From: Nitrospinales bacterium
GTDB taxonomy: Bacteria > Nitrospinota > Nitrospinia > Nitrospinales > VA-1
DNA length: 64,000 nucleotides
Assembly: GCA_965223345.1 (NCBI GenBank)
Contig: CBDCWG010000012.1
Location: 544,001 to 608,000 of the forward strand
Direction of reading: 5' to 3'
Position 1 is the first letter of the stretch. Each line of letters begins with the position of its first letter. The position numbers were made by a program, and so were the translations under genes. Below are positions 31,255 to 41,269 of the stretch, piece by piece. The notes under the pieces were generated by a model, which saw only the letters and a list, made by a program, of their open reading frames with translations, did no database searches and was not told where the DNA came from.

Positions 31255-32538
31255 ATGCCTTGTAAAAAATCCGTCCTCATTTCAATTTTCTTTTCATGGG
31301 CCGTTTTTTTCCTGTCCGCCTCCCTGAGCTACGCCAATTTATGTCCCAACCCGTCCCCACAGGCTTCGCAAGTCTTCAGAGATTTTAAGAAGGTCTTGAA
31401 TGCCGAATACTTCGATAAAAGAGTGAGTGAGAAAGAATATATAAGAATCTGTGAAGAAAGGTATAAAAGGGGTAGTGAGGAACATATAAACTTATGTAAC
31501 AACTTTAATAAAGATTTTTTGAATTGGATAATGATCGGTCATGCTTTGGGCCGGTTGGCTCCGGCCGTTCAAGATCAACCCGACCGAAGAATCGCTTTTG
31601 ATTGTGTGCAGCTGGGACTTGAACAAATAAATGCATCAGAGATAACGGAATCCTATGTGCCTTCCTTATTTTTCAGGGTAATGATGCAAGCGGGCTATGG
31701 GATGCACGACGATAAATTGGATATACTCATCAAGGGTGGCCTCTCCACGGAACCGCTCTACGATGTGTTGGGTGGAAAAATCAAAACTCCAACATCATCA
31801 AAGAGGCCTGAAGGGGGAAAATCCCCCGCTGATAAAACCACCCCCAGGACGACTCTTAAAGACCCTGTGGTGTCTGGAAGCGTTTCTGCGCCAGGAGGTT
31901 CGTCCAGTGGCGGGAAGGTGGCCGGGGCGGGTTCTTCGGAAGGTCATTGTTCCAACTGGATGACCCTGAGCTTTTCGGATAGTAAAGGCGAACTTGATCC
32001 GGTTGACACGGAGGAAGCCTGCACCGTTACGGGGAATACCGGCGACTTCATCACAAAAACCAACCCGGTCACCAAAGCCTGCCACGTATGCTCCAAGGAC
32101 GACTGGACGCCCCCATCCCCACCCACTCCCATTGACACAACGGGCGGTGGTGGGGTTTCCGGCGGTACTGCGAGTGGGGGAGGATTGAGCACGAGTGGGG
32201 ATTCCTCAGGTAAAATGAAGTGCCAGTTGTATTCGGGGTATATTTTTTCTACAGAACCGGGCGCGAAGTTCAATGTTTTGCAGGCAAAAAAACCGGACCC
32301 CCGGGGTTATATCGAGTTCCTTTATACTGTGGGGGTGAAAACCGACCGGTTCAATTCTATCGAAAGAGCTCGTAAAGACGCCGAGAGGATCGTGAAAGAA
32401 GGAACCCGTGCGAAGCAATACGTTTTCGCCTTGCGGGATAGTAGTAAGGATGCATTTTGCAATTTCATTGAGAGCCAATGCGATATGAATGTGTCTTCCG
32501 TGAATATTGCGGCGAAGGGTTGTGGGTGGTCGAAATAG
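31255..32538 (+). CDS. Secreted Cys-rich multidomain protein, unknown function
   Basis: Signal peptide, G/S/T/P linkers, two modules shared with next gene; AAGGA RBS. Confidence 0.75.
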   Translation: MPCKKSVLISIFFSWAVFFLSASLSYANLCPNPSPQASQVFRDFKKVLNAEYFDKRVSEKEYIRICEERYKRGSEEHINLCNNFNKDFLNWIMIGHALGRLAPAVQDQPDRRIAFDCVQLGLEQINASEITESYVPSLFFRVMMQAGYGMHDDKLDILIKGGLSTEPLYDVLGGKIKTPTSSKRPEGGKSPADKTTPRTTLKDPVVSGSVSAPGGSSSGGKVAGAGSSEGHCSNWMTLSFSDSKGELDPVDTEEACTVTGNTGDFITKTNPVTKACHVCSKDDWTPPSPPTPIDTTGGGGVSGGTASGGGLSTSGDSSGKMKCQLYSGYIFSTEPGAKFNVLQAKKPDPRGYIEFLYTVGVKTDRFNSIERARKDAERIVKEGTRAKQYVFALRDSSKDAFCNFIESQCDMNVSSVNIAAKGCGWSK

Positions 32539-32619
32539 GATTGATAGAATTATAGAACGAACCCGGCAGTGGGAACACCGGTTCGTTAAAACAAATCATC
32601 TATCTCATTGAGAATTGGA

Positions 32620-33294
32620 ATGAATGTTCGGAATTTGATCTGTGCTCTGATCGTATTGATGGGTTCCTCAAGTGGCGGGAATCTTGCCCACGCGCTTTCT
32701 CTGGATGGTACGTGCTCCAACTGGAGGGTGGGAACCCTGACGGATTCAAGCGGCAAGAACCGGGAGGCCGAAGCAAAGTCGATTTGCACGAACCTCGGAA
32801 AATCCCCAGGTGTCATCACCGTGTTCGACCCAAGAAATCAGACTTGCCTGTTGTGCTCTCTCGACGACTGGACACCCGCCTCTTCATCCTCCTCCGCCAC
32901 GCCATCGGATGGTGATGGTCCATCTGAGGAAGAAGAAAAAGTCGCTTCGGGGGGTACGATTTCCGGCAAACCCAAATGCCATTTACGCACGGGTTATCTT
33001 TTTTCGACCAAAAAGGATACAGAGTTCAATGTCTTGAAAGAAAGAAATCCCCAAAAAAATGATTACTACTGGCACTACTTTACGGTTGCTACCCCATCAA
33101 AACGGTTCAAGCATCGCATCCCCAAAGCCCGCAAGGAAGCGCAGAGGATTATCGCTGAAGGCAATCAAGGAAGACAATACGATTTTGCCCTGCGAGGCAG
33201 TTTGGATGACTTTTGCAAATACCTCAAAAATGAATGTGATATCGAAAACTCTGTCTTGAAGTCTGTAGGCAAAGGGTGCGGGTGGTCCCAATAA
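32620..33294 (+). CDS. Secreted Cys-rich protein, paralog of upstream gene
   Basis: Signal peptide ending AHA; CSNW..DDWTP and KC.L..GY.FST..KGCGWS modules. Confidence 0.75.
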   Translation: MNVRNLICALIVLMGSSSGGNLAHALSLDGTCSNWRVGTLTDSSGKNREAEAKSICTNLGKSPGVITVFDPRNQTCLLCSLDDWTPASSSSSATPSDGDGPSEEEEKVASGGTISGKPKCHLRTGYLFSTKKDTEFNVLKERNPQKNDYYWHYFTVATPSKRFKHRIPKARKEAQRIIAEGNQGRQYDFALRGSLDDFCKYLKNECDIENSVLKSVGKGCGWSQ

Positions 33295-33394
33295 ATTTAC
33301 AGGATCGTGCAGCACTTTTGCAGCGAAAGAAGGATGTGACTTTGACCCGTTAGGGTCTCTTACCCTTTTGATCCAATTTAGAAAAGAGCATGCA

Positions 33395-33775
33395 ATGAAC
33401 CGCGAATTACGATCCTGCATGTCAAACGCCAAATGGCGAAAATTATTCAAGGTGGTGAATAAGGACACGATTGAATTGAACATGTGCACCTGGAAACTCT
33501 TGGATGAAGAGCAGCCTCTGTCGGGATATCTTCCAAACTATCAGGAGTTGGGTGACGACTATGTCGGGGATTGCGGTGCGTTGAATGGTCCTTTTGAGTA
33601 TCGCCTGATCGAATGGCTGTTGATTCCCGCGAAACACGGATATCAACCCTATGACAAGGCACCGGTTCAGTATCTTTTTCAGGATCTTGCTGACATCCGG
33701 AAAAAATTGGATGCGGTTGGGCAATTCGAGTACGAAAACAGCGAGACGGGACTGAAAATTTTTGGATATAGATGA
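33395..33775 (+). CDS. Hypothetical protein (DUF6678-like)
   Basis: MSNAKWRKLF, GPFEYRLIEWL, LKIFGYR. Confidence 0.55.
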   Translation: MNRELRSCMSNAKWRKLFKVVNKDTIELNMCTWKLLDEEQPLSGYLPNYQELGDDYVGDCGALNGPFEYRLIEWLLIPAKHGYQPYDKAPVQYLFQDLADIRKKLDAVGQFEYENSETGLKIFGYR

Positions 33776-33822
33776 GGAAGCTCCATTCCGTATTCCCGAT
33801 CCCATCACGCCAACGAATATAA

Positions 33823-34224
33823 ATGGATAGCATGTTTCGCAGACAGGTATTAGGATCTGTCGTTATTTTGACTTGGCTGGTACTGATATTTTTTTTATGG
33901 GGCCCGATGCGGTGGGAATTCGCCCATACCTATGAAATTTCAATCAAAGACATTGCAGACTCGCTGCCTGCTCCCACAGTGATATTCGCCCTTCCGGTAT
34001 TGGGGCTTGGAAACTCAGATTTGATTTCATGGGGAATAACCGCGGGATTCTGGGGGATCGCCTGGTTGGGCCCGGTGGTTTTGTTTATTGGAATTTGGCG
34101 TGCCCGCCATCGAGAGCAACTTGTGGATTGGATGCTGTTTGGAGGATTTCTTTACGGCGTTTTCATTCTGTTCTTGGGGGCCTGGTTTGTCTTCAGCTTA
34201 TGGTTGCCTTTTGGATATCTTTAA
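33823..34224 (+). CDS. Hypothetical membrane protein
   Basis: Three or more hydrophobic segments. Confidence 0.6.
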   Translation: MDSMFRRQVLGSVVILTWLVLIFFLWGPMRWEFAHTYEISIKDIADSLPAPTVIFALPVLGLGNSDLISWGITAGFWGIAWLGPVVLFIGIWRARHREQLVDWMLFGGFLYGVFILFLGAWFVFSLWLPFGYL

Positions 34225-34349
34225 CTCAAAAGAATATGAAAAGGCACCTGCATTTCATTTCAGACTTTAATTCGAACTTCGTATGGCCTACAAAACTGCT
34301 ATTTGTACATGGCACGGCAGAGGAGAAGGAAATGCGACGATGAGTAAGA

Positions 34350-34832
34350 TCACTCGGTCAAATAAAGCACGATGCTGAATGTTCTCTCTTCGCCATGATG
34401 GTTGAAAGGAAATACCTGTAAGAAAGGACCCATGATCGGCAGTCGGGCAATGTATGAGCTTTTGTTATGCGGGCGGCCGTGCCAGCTGGCCTTGCCGGAA
34501 ACTGTGATCATCCTCGGATTCTGCGACCCGGAAAAATTCTCATCGTATGTGACGTACCTTCGCGATCCCCACTTGCCATTCTGATCATACGCGAAAACCA
34601 CGCCTAAAGAAACCGGCTCTTCATCAAACGCTCTCTGCTCAAACTCTACCGCAATATTCACATAACGATACCCATCCACCTCCGTATAGATCCCTGTGCT
34701 GATTCCGGTATTCGCCGGGATGCTTGCACCATCATAGATGGCGATGGTCTTCGATTGGACCACAGAGCCGTTGGGCGAGACGCATCCCTGGATGGTCATT
34801 GCCAGCAAAACAAAAACCACAATACGCAGCAT
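34350..34832 (-). CDS. Hypothetical lipoprotein
   Basis: MLRIVVFVLLAMTIQG-C lipobox-like signal. Confidence 0.65.
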   Translation of the reverse strand: MLRIVVFVLLAMTIQGCVSPNGSVVQSKTIAIYDGASIPANTGISTGIYTEVDGYRYVNIAVEFEQRAFDEEPVSLGVVFAYDQNGKWGSRRYVTYDENFSGSQNPRMITVSGKASWHGRPHNKSSYIARLPIMGPFLQVFPFNHHGEERTFSIVLYLTE

Positions 34833-34954
34833 GGATTTCAACTTCGTGCGAATTCCCCGGTTTGAACGAATCGATGATTTTCAGCACTACCGCACAAATA
34901 CTAACCCAACGATCGCGAATAAGACAGTGGCAAGCACCTAAGTGGATGCTTGCA

Positions 34955-34985
34955 AAACAAAAAACCCAGCTTTTACGCTGGGTTT
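34955..34985 (-). terminator. Intrinsic terminator downstream of ssrA
   Basis: AAACCCAGC-TTTTAC-GCTGGGTTT followed on minus strand by a T-run. Confidence 0.6.
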
Positions 34986-35016
34986 GGACCTTGTTGGATT
35001 TCGTTGGATGTGAAAC

Positions 35017-35034
35017 TGCTGGAGGCTCGGGGAA
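35017..35034 (-). repeat. Degenerate copy of ssrA 3' end (att-like)
   Basis: TGCTGGAGGCTCGGGGAA vs TGGTGGAGGCGGGGGGAA (35098-35115), 15/18 identical. Confidence 0.5.
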
Positions 35035-35097
35035 CAAGCTCGAGCCGAAACCAAAAAACGCGGTACGGCGTGAGCAAACTCGCCATCCGCGCAGGAT

Positions 35098-35458
35098 TGG
35101 TGGAGGCGGGGGGAATTGAACCCCCGTCCGAAAGGTTTCAACTAAAGGCGTCTACATGCTTATCCTCTGTATGAAATCTCGCCGTGGCGCTCTCCCAGAG
35201 GCAGGATAATGCCAAAGCCAGTCCCGAAGGATCTCATCCGACAAGTCCGGAACAACCCGGTCGGACCAGCGCGCTGAATGACGTTCGACCCTCTTCCCGC
35301 GGGCATGGAAGAGGCGAACGGTAGCTAACTTAAATTAAGCAGCTACAGCTACTTCATAATCGTTGGCGATTATGTTTTATGCCGTTTTTTAACGGGCCAA
35401 CGGCATCCCGTGCATGCAACCTTCGTCTCATTCCTCCCGTCGAACCCAAATCGCCCCC
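35098..35458 (-). ncRNA. ssrA: tmRNA; tag peptide (A)ANDYEVAVAA
   Basis: 5' GGGGGCG..GGTTCGACGG; 3' GACGGGGGTTCAATTCCCCCCGCCTCCACCA; tag frame 35367-35335. Confidence 0.96.
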
Positions 35459-35498
35459 AAAAGGGTGAATGGTGTGGATGAAAAATTCCTATATACTC

Positions 35499-35526
35499 AC
35501 TATAGCAAGATACCTTGCGATTGCAA
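35499..35526 (-). promoter_or_regulatory. Putative ssrA promoter
   Basis: TTGCAA-16 bp-TATAGT with TGn extended -10. Confidence 0.5.
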
Positions 35527-35645
35527 GAAACCCGCATGGCAATATGGAGGATTTTGACCCTCCTCCTCTATATAAGATGCAAATTGCGGCTCTAGGTTGC
35601 GGCGAAATCGTTAAAGTTATTGATTAACCGGACGTTCGGTATACT

Positions 35646-36899
35646 ATGACAGCGGATTCACCCCCTCCAAACCTGACCCTCCTTTCCCTGCAATACCATA
35701 GCTATCCGGATGCGGTGGGAGGCGCCTGGGGGCTGACGTACGAGGTCAACAAGCGGCTGGTCCAGCGGGGCTTCAACGTGCATTGCATCACCTGCAAACC
35801 TGTGGAAAGCCTGCCCGCAAGCGAGCGCATCGAAGGCATCCACTATCACCGGATTCGCACTCAGGACAGCAAGGGGTTTTTCCGGCTCGGGCGCGGCGTG
35901 AAAAAAAAGATCCACGCCGTCCTCAAAGAAGGGCCGATCGATCTCGTTCACATCCACAATCCCCTCATCGGCTACCTCGCCCTCAAGCACCCGGCGCTGC
36001 GCTCGGTGCCCCGGGTCTACCATTTCCACAGTTCCTGGTACGACGAGGAAAAAATCAACCGCGAAGCGGTCCGGCCCGAGGGCGGCATGGAAAACGTCTG
36101 GTTCGACATGAAGCTGGCGTTTTCCCTTGCGGCCATCCGCCGTATGGAACGGACCGCCATCCGGGCCTGCGGCAGCATCCTGTTTTTGAGCCAGTATTCC
36201 CGGGAGCATTTTCTGCAACACTACCCGATGAAAAACATCCGCCTGCGCGTGATTCCGGGCGGCGTCGATGTGGATGAGTTTCACCCCGCAGACTCACCCG
36301 AGTCCCTCGCCGCGCTGCGCAAGGCGCTGGAATTTCCGGTGGGCCGGCCGCTGTTTTTGACAGTGCGCCGCCTGGAGCCGCGCATGGGGCTCAAAAACCT
36401 CATCGTCGCCGCGGAAAAACTGCGTTCCCGCTCTCCCGAACTGGATTTTCAGATCTGGATCGCAGGCAAAGGATCGCTGCGCGCACCGCTCAAGGCCCTG
36501 ATCGAGGAGAAAAAACTCACCGGCACCGTCCGGCTTCTGGGGCTGGTGCCGCGGGACACCCTGCCCTCCCTCGTGCGCTCGGCCGATCTTTTCATCCTGC
36601 CGACGCAACGCATCGAGGGTTTCGGCCTCGCCACCGTCGAGGCTCTGGCGAGCGGCGTCCCGGTTCTGGGAACGCCTGTGGGCGGCACCGTCGAAATCCT
36701 CAAAGCCCTCGATCCGCGGCTGCTCCTGCCCGGAACCAGCGCCGATGCCCTCTCCCAGGGCATGGAAAGCTACCTAAAAAATCCCAAACCGTTTTCGGCT
36801 TTGAAAGAAAAATGCCGCCAGCAGGCGGTCTCCAAGTATTCCTGGGAAAAAGTGGTGGATCTTCTGGAAGAGGAATTCCGCTTCGCAGCCGGAAAATGA
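35646..36899 (+). CDS. GT4 glycosyltransferase
   Basis: GGVD, RRLEPRMG, EGFGLATVEALASGVPV. Confidence 0.92.
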   Translation: MTADSPPPNLTLLSLQYHSYPDAVGGAWGLTYEVNKRLVQRGFNVHCITCKPVESLPASERIEGIHYHRIRTQDSKGFFRLGRGVKKKIHAVLKEGPIDLVHIHNPLIGYLALKHPALRSVPRVYHFHSSWYDEEKINREAVRPEGGMENVWFDMKLAFSLAAIRRMERTAIRACGSILFLSQYSREHFLQHYPMKNIRLRVIPGGVDVDEFHPADSPESLAALRKALEFPVGRPLFLTVRRLEPRMGLKNLIVAAEKLRSRSPELDFQIWIAGKGSLRAPLKALIEEKKLTGTVRLLGLVPRDTLPSLVRSADLFILPTQRIEGFGLATVEALASGVPVLGTPVGGTVEILKALDPRLLLPGTSADALSQGMESYLKNPKPFSALKEKCRQQAVSKYSWEKVVDLLEEEFRFAAGK

Positions 36900-36969
36900 A
36901 TGGAGTTTTTCCGCCAGAATCCGAAACGTTGATAGAGGCCCCTTTTTTCTAAAACAACTCCGACCCCGC

Positions 36970-39105
36970 ATGAAAAAATTCGTTCCCGCTTTGATCCTCG
37001 CCGCCGCGATCGCTTGCGTCTACGGCAACACCCTCAACCATTCGTTTCACTTCGACGACATCCCCTCGATCCTGGAAAAACCCTGGGTGCGCGGTCTCGA
37101 CAAGATCCCTGAGTTCATCTTCAGTTTCTGGCAGCGCCCGCTGGTCATTTTGTCTTTCAACCTCAACCACGCTGTCAGCGGGTTCGAGGTGTGGAGCTAT
37201 CATCTGTTCAACATCACCGTCCACGCCGTCACCGCGTTTTGCGTTTTCCTGCTCGCCCGGCTCATGCAAACTGCAGCCTGTGCCAAAAAACCGCAAGGCG
37301 TGTGGCAACACTTTCCCCTGCTTGCCGCCCTGTTGTTCGCGTTGCACCCTTTGAACACGCAATCGGTGACCTACATTTCCAGCCGCTCTTCCATCCTGGC
37401 GACCCTGTTCTATGTGGCGGCGGTGTGGTGTTGCTTTCGGGGCATGCTGATAAAACGCCAAACCGATGCCGCCCCGGAAAAAAAGTCAACGGCGGCAAAA
37501 GCCTTAGGTTTGTGGGCGGCCGCAGGGGTCAGCTTCTTGTTGGGAGCCCTTTCGAAACAGATCGTCTGGACGCTGCCTGCGATTCTGTTTCTGTTTCATT
37601 ATTATTTTTTTTCAACCGGCTCGTTCACGGACTGGCTCAAGCGCAGCGGCAAATGGCTCGCTCTCACCGGGATGCCGCTTGCGGCTTTTCTCGCCTACAA
37701 GCATTTCGCAGGCGGAGGGCTTGCGTCCGCGTCGGAAACGCCCTATTCCTGGAGCACGTATCTACTCACTCAGACCTTCGTCGTTCCCTTCGAGTATTTT
37801 CGAAAACTTCTGTTTCCGTTCAATCTCAATATCGACATCCATCACCCCATCAAATCGGATTGGAGCGATCCGGCAAACTGGATGGGAATAGCCGTCCTCA
37901 TGATTTTTATTGGCGTCTGCATTCACTTCTCCAGACGCCGCGCAAACGCCGATGAAAGGATTGGTGAAAATGCAAAATCAGCCGAAGTGAAATTTTTCAA
38001 CGCCTGCCTGGGATTCGGCCTTGCCTGGATCGGGATCACACTGCTGCCGACATCGAGCGTCGTTCCCCTGCTCGATGTGGCGGTCGAACACCGCACCTAC
38101 CTGCCGATGGTGGGGTTTTGCCTGATTCTCGCAGCCATGCTTTGCCGGCTGTATGCCGCGTTTTCTTCATCCGGCGTTACCGTTCGCAAACCCACAGCCT
38201 TTGTGCCTGCGCTGTGCACGGCTCTGATCCTGATCCTGTTTGCAGCGGGCGCTGTGGATCGCAACGCAGTCTGGCAAAACGAGATCACTCTGTGGAGCGA
38301 TGCGAAAAAAAAATCACCCAACCTCACCCGGCCCTATAACAATCTTGGAGAGGCTTACGATCAACGCGGGGAATACGACAAAGCCATTCCGGAATTCGAG
38401 GCAGCGCTCAAGCTCAACCCACGCTATTTTTTCGCCCTCAACAACCTGGGGAATGTTTACGGCAAGAATAAAGACTACAGCAAGGCCATTCATTATTTTG
38501 AAAAAGCCCTGGCCGAAAAACCCGACTACCCTCCGGCACTGTACAACCTGGGCCGGGCGCTGCACCTCACCGGCAAGCCCGATCGGGCGCTCGCCGCTTA
38601 CCGCAAAGCCGTGGCGCACAATCCCTATTTTGAAGAAGCTCACTACAACCTCGCCAATCTCGCCCTGCAGTTCGGCCTGATCGACGAATCCGTGCAGAAC
38701 TTCCAGCGCTTCGTCGCCATGCGCCCCGAGCATCCCGAGGCCCGCTTCGGGCTGGGAAACGCCTACGCGATGGGCGGCAAGTTTGAGTCCGCGCTCGATC
38801 AGTTTCGGCAAGCGGTGCAGCTCAAACCCGGTTTTCTGCTTCCCATCGTCGGCATCGCCAACCTGCACCTGCAAAAAGGCAATGTGGACGCGGCTCTCGC
38901 CACCTACGGCGCTGCGCTGACGGTCAAACCGCACGCCGGCATCCACAAAAACCTGGGCATGATCTACTACCGTTTCAAGCAAAATCGCCCGAAGGCGCTG
39001 TTTCATTTCCTCGAATCGCTGAAGCTCGAACCGGCACAGCCCCAGGCCCCGGCCTTGCAAGCCATCGTCGCTGAATTGCAGAACGCGGAAGAAACGAAAT
39101 CCTGA
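36970..39105 (+). CDS. TMTC-like GT-C membrane protein with C-terminal TPRs
   Basis: FHFDD, RP, LFALHPLNTQSVTYISSRS, EHRTYLP, RNAVWQNEITLW, TPR array. Confidence 0.85.
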   Translation: MKKFVPALILAAAIACVYGNTLNHSFHFDDIPSILEKPWVRGLDKIPEFIFSFWQRPLVILSFNLNHAVSGFEVWSYHLFNITVHAVTAFCVFLLARLMQTAACAKKPQGVWQHFPLLAALLFALHPLNTQSVTYISSRSSILATLFYVAAVWCCFRGMLIKRQTDAAPEKKSTAAKALGLWAAAGVSFLLGALSKQIVWTLPAILFLFHYYFFSTGSFTDWLKRSGKWLALTGMPLAAFLAYKHFAGGGLASASETPYSWSTYLLTQTFVVPFEYFRKLLFPFNLNIDIHHPIKSDWSDPANWMGIAVLMIFIGVCIHFSRRRANADERIGENAKSAEVKFFNACLGFGLAWIGITLLPTSSVVPLLDVAVEHRTYLPMVGFCLILAAMLCRLYAAFSSSGVTVRKPTAFVPALCTALILILFAAGAVDRNAVWQNEITLWSDAKKKSPNLTRPYNNLGEAYDQRGEYDKAIPEFEAALKLNPRYFFALNNLGNVYGKNKDYSKAIHYFEKALAEKPDYPPALYNLGRALHLTGKPDRALAAYRKAVAHNPYFEEAHYNLANLALQFGLIDESVQNFQRFVAMRPEHPEARFGLGNAYAMGGKFESALDQFRQAVQLKPGFLLPIVGIANLHLQKGNVDAALATYGAALTVKPHAGIHKNLGMIYYRFKQNRPKALFHFLESLKLEPAQPQAPALQAIVAELQNAEETKS

Positions 39106-39116
39106 GGCAGGCTGCC

Positions 39117-39140
39117 AGTGAGTGCGGACACTCACTTTTA
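39117..39140 (+). terminator. Intrinsic terminator
   Basis: AGTGAGTG-CGGA-CACTCACT-TTT. Confidence 0.6.
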
Positions 39141-39180
39141 AATGTGAGATTCGAACAGGAAGGCGAGCTTTAAGCGTCGA

Positions 39181-39564
39181 TCACTCTTTCAGTTTCAGCA
39201 AGTCCTGGATCTTGGCTTTCAGAATATGGGCGTACACCGGTTTGATGATGTAGTTGCGGATGCCCAGTTTCATCGCTTCCATGACCTGCTGTTTTCCCGT
39301 TTCGGAAGTGATCATGAGAAACGGGATCGATTTTAAGGCGGGGTCTTCACGGATGTTTTTATACACATCGATGCCATCGACACCCGGCATGTGCCAGTCG
39401 GTGATGATGAGATGGATTGTATCCGATTTCAGGATCTTGAGCGCGGCCTCTCCATCGCTGGCGCTCACGATATTGGAAAATCCCAGGCTGATCAGATGGT
39501 GTTTGATCAACGTCTGGGAAGCGTTTTCATCGTCCACCACGAGAATCTTGATTTTCTGTTTCAT
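39181..39564 (-). CDS. CheY-like response regulator
   Basis: ILVVDD, ITDWHMP, IIKP. Confidence 0.9.
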   Translation of the reverse strand: MKQKIKILVVDDENASQTLIKHHLISLGFSNIVSASDGEAALKILKSDTIHLIITDWHMPGVDGIDVYKNIREDPALKSIPFLMITSETGKQQVMEAMKLGIRNYIIKPVYAHILKAKIQDLLKLKE

Positions 39565-39612
39565 GAATCGGCCCGCAGGCAGTGGGAGGTGGAAGGGGCC
39601 CCTAAAGTCCGG

Positions 39613-39921
39613 TCAGGGGAACAGGATACGGGTTCTCACGATGTGGTCGATGCCGAATCTCGAGTGTATCAGATCCACACGCACATCCTGACCGCCGCCA
39701 TCCGGAAAATCGGCGTATTGCAATTTTTCGAAGAGTTGCAGCGCGTCGTCAATTTCCATGAATCGGCGGGACTCCGGTTTTCCGCCGAGGATTTCCGTGT
39801 GATCCTGGTCCTTTGCGTTCCATTTTTTTCCGACCACCGCGAAATGATTCTCCGGATCCAACGGGTTGCCCCTGGCGTCTTTGCTGGTTTCCTCGCTTTC
39901 CGATGCGGGAGTGGCTGACAT
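39613..39921 (-). CDS. Hypothetical protein
   Basis: AAGGAG RBS before ATG; 102 aa. Confidence 0.6.
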   Translation of the reverse strand: MSATPASESEETSKDARGNPLDPENHFAVVGKKWNAKDQDHTEILGGKPESRRFMEIDDALQLFEKLQYADFPDGGGQDVRVDLIHSRFGIDHIVRTRILFP

Positions 39922-40093
39922 GATCGCTCCTTTCTTTTTACCGTACTCTCAACCCCATCTTCCGGCTTTGTAAAATAAAAAATGAAACGGCAGCGGAAGA
40001 CATCTCCGGAATCCCGAACGGGGCACAAACTCGGCCTATTTTAATGGATATTTCTTCCTTTGTAGACCGATTTTTTGCCCTCCCTTTTGGCGA

Positions 40094-40122
40094 TTGACAG
40101 AAACTGAATGGTTGTTTAGCAT
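40094..40122 (+). promoter_or_regulatory. Sigma70 promoter
   Basis: TTGACA-17 bp-TAGCAT upstream of TetR gene. Confidence 0.6.
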
Positions 40123-40140
40123 GGAGTATCGAGGTTACGA

Positions 40141-40737
40141 ATGCCCAGACAAAAGGAATACGACCGCGAACACGTGGTTGAAAAAGCGATGCAGGTTTTC
40201 TGGGACAAGGGGTACGAGGGGACCTCCGTCCAGGATCTGGTCAATGCCACCGGCCTCAACCGGTTCGGCATGTATCAGGCCTTTGGTTCGAAAGAGGGTC
40301 TGTTTCTGGAAGCCTTGGACGCGTACCGCAACCGGATCAGCGCGCAGTTGATCCGCATCCTGGAAGAGGGCCCGCCGGGCAAGACCACCCTGCAGGATTT
40401 TTTTCGCAAACTCATTGAGAAATATACCCGTTCGGAAGGATCGCGCGGCTGCCTCATCACCAACACCGCCATCGAATCGCAGCTGCGCGGCAAAGACGCC
40501 CAGTCGCGGGTGAAAAAGCACTTCAGGCGCATCGAGCAGGGGCTGCGCCGCTGCCTGGAAGGCGCGCGGGAAAACCGGGAAATCGACGCCGGCGGGGACC
40601 TTGAAAAATTGTCCCGCTACCTTTTGGGCATCACCCAGGGCCTCGCGGTTTTCGGCCGCACCTTCACCGACGCCCGCACCATGGAGAACATGGTGGAGGT
40701 GGCGCTCAATCATCTGTTTCTCCCGCAAAACCGCTGA
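40141..40737 (+). CDS. TetR family regulator (ComR/NemR-like)
   Basis: FWDKGYEGTSVQDLV...MYQAFGSKEGLF; GCLITN. Confidence 0.92.
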   Translation: MPRQKEYDREHVVEKAMQVFWDKGYEGTSVQDLVNATGLNRFGMYQAFGSKEGLFLEALDAYRNRISAQLIRILEEGPPGKTTLQDFFRKLIEKYTRSEGSRGCLITNTAIESQLRGKDAQSRVKKHFRRIEQGLRRCLEGARENREIDAGGDLEKLSRYLLGITQGLAVFGRTFTDARTMENMVEVALNHLFLPQNR

Positions 40738-40823
40738 TTTTTCTGTAAAGGAGCGGCATTTTTTTTGCCCGATATCTAAATGATCGTTCTGGGCCGAACG
40801 GGAACACCCTCAGGAGAGTCTCC

Positions 40824-41261
40824 ATGCAAGCGATGATCGATTTTTTCAAAACCCTATTTTTAATGCCTTTGCACTGGCGCATCTGGGTCGCACTCCTCAT
40901 GGTGCTGAATATGGTGGCGCCGCTGTTTTTCATCACAACGCTGGAAGCCCAGATGGTGTTGCTCGCCATGATGTTGAACGCGGCCACGATGATCGCCATT
41001 TTTGCCCAAAAGGGGTTCGTCCGTCTGCTGGGCCTCGGTCACATCTATTGGCTGCCGCTGGTGGGATGGCTGGCGACGCGTCCGGTTTCCGCCATGGATG
41101 AGGGCCCGATGCTCTCGTGGCTGCTGAGCCTGATGGTGGTCAACAGCATCTCGCTTGTGATCGATACGATCGATGTGATCCGCTATTTTCTCGGAGAAAA
41201 AGCACCCACGCTGGAGTTGCCCGCACGGACCGCGGTGATGGCGGCCAGGAAAGCGGATTAG
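40824..41261 (+). CDS. Membrane protein
   Basis: GFVRLLGLGH, SLVID; AGGAG RBS. Confidence 0.7.
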   Translation: MQAMIDFFKTLFLMPLHWRIWVALLMVLNMVAPLFFITTLEAQMVLLAMMLNAATMIAIFAQKGFVRLLGLGHIYWLPLVGWLATRPVSAMDEGPMLSWLLSLMVVNSISLVIDTIDVIRYFLGEKAPTLELPARTAVMAARKAD

Positions 41262-41269
41262 ACCGGGAA

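Noticed and set aside
32555..32590. attC site between the Cys-rich paralogs
   Set aside because: A hairpin (AACGAACC/GGTTCGTT) exists but lacks proper R boxes; more likely an mRNA stem.
35098..35140. tRNA gene
   Set aside because: The T-arm/CCA belongs to tmRNA; there is no anticodon arm.
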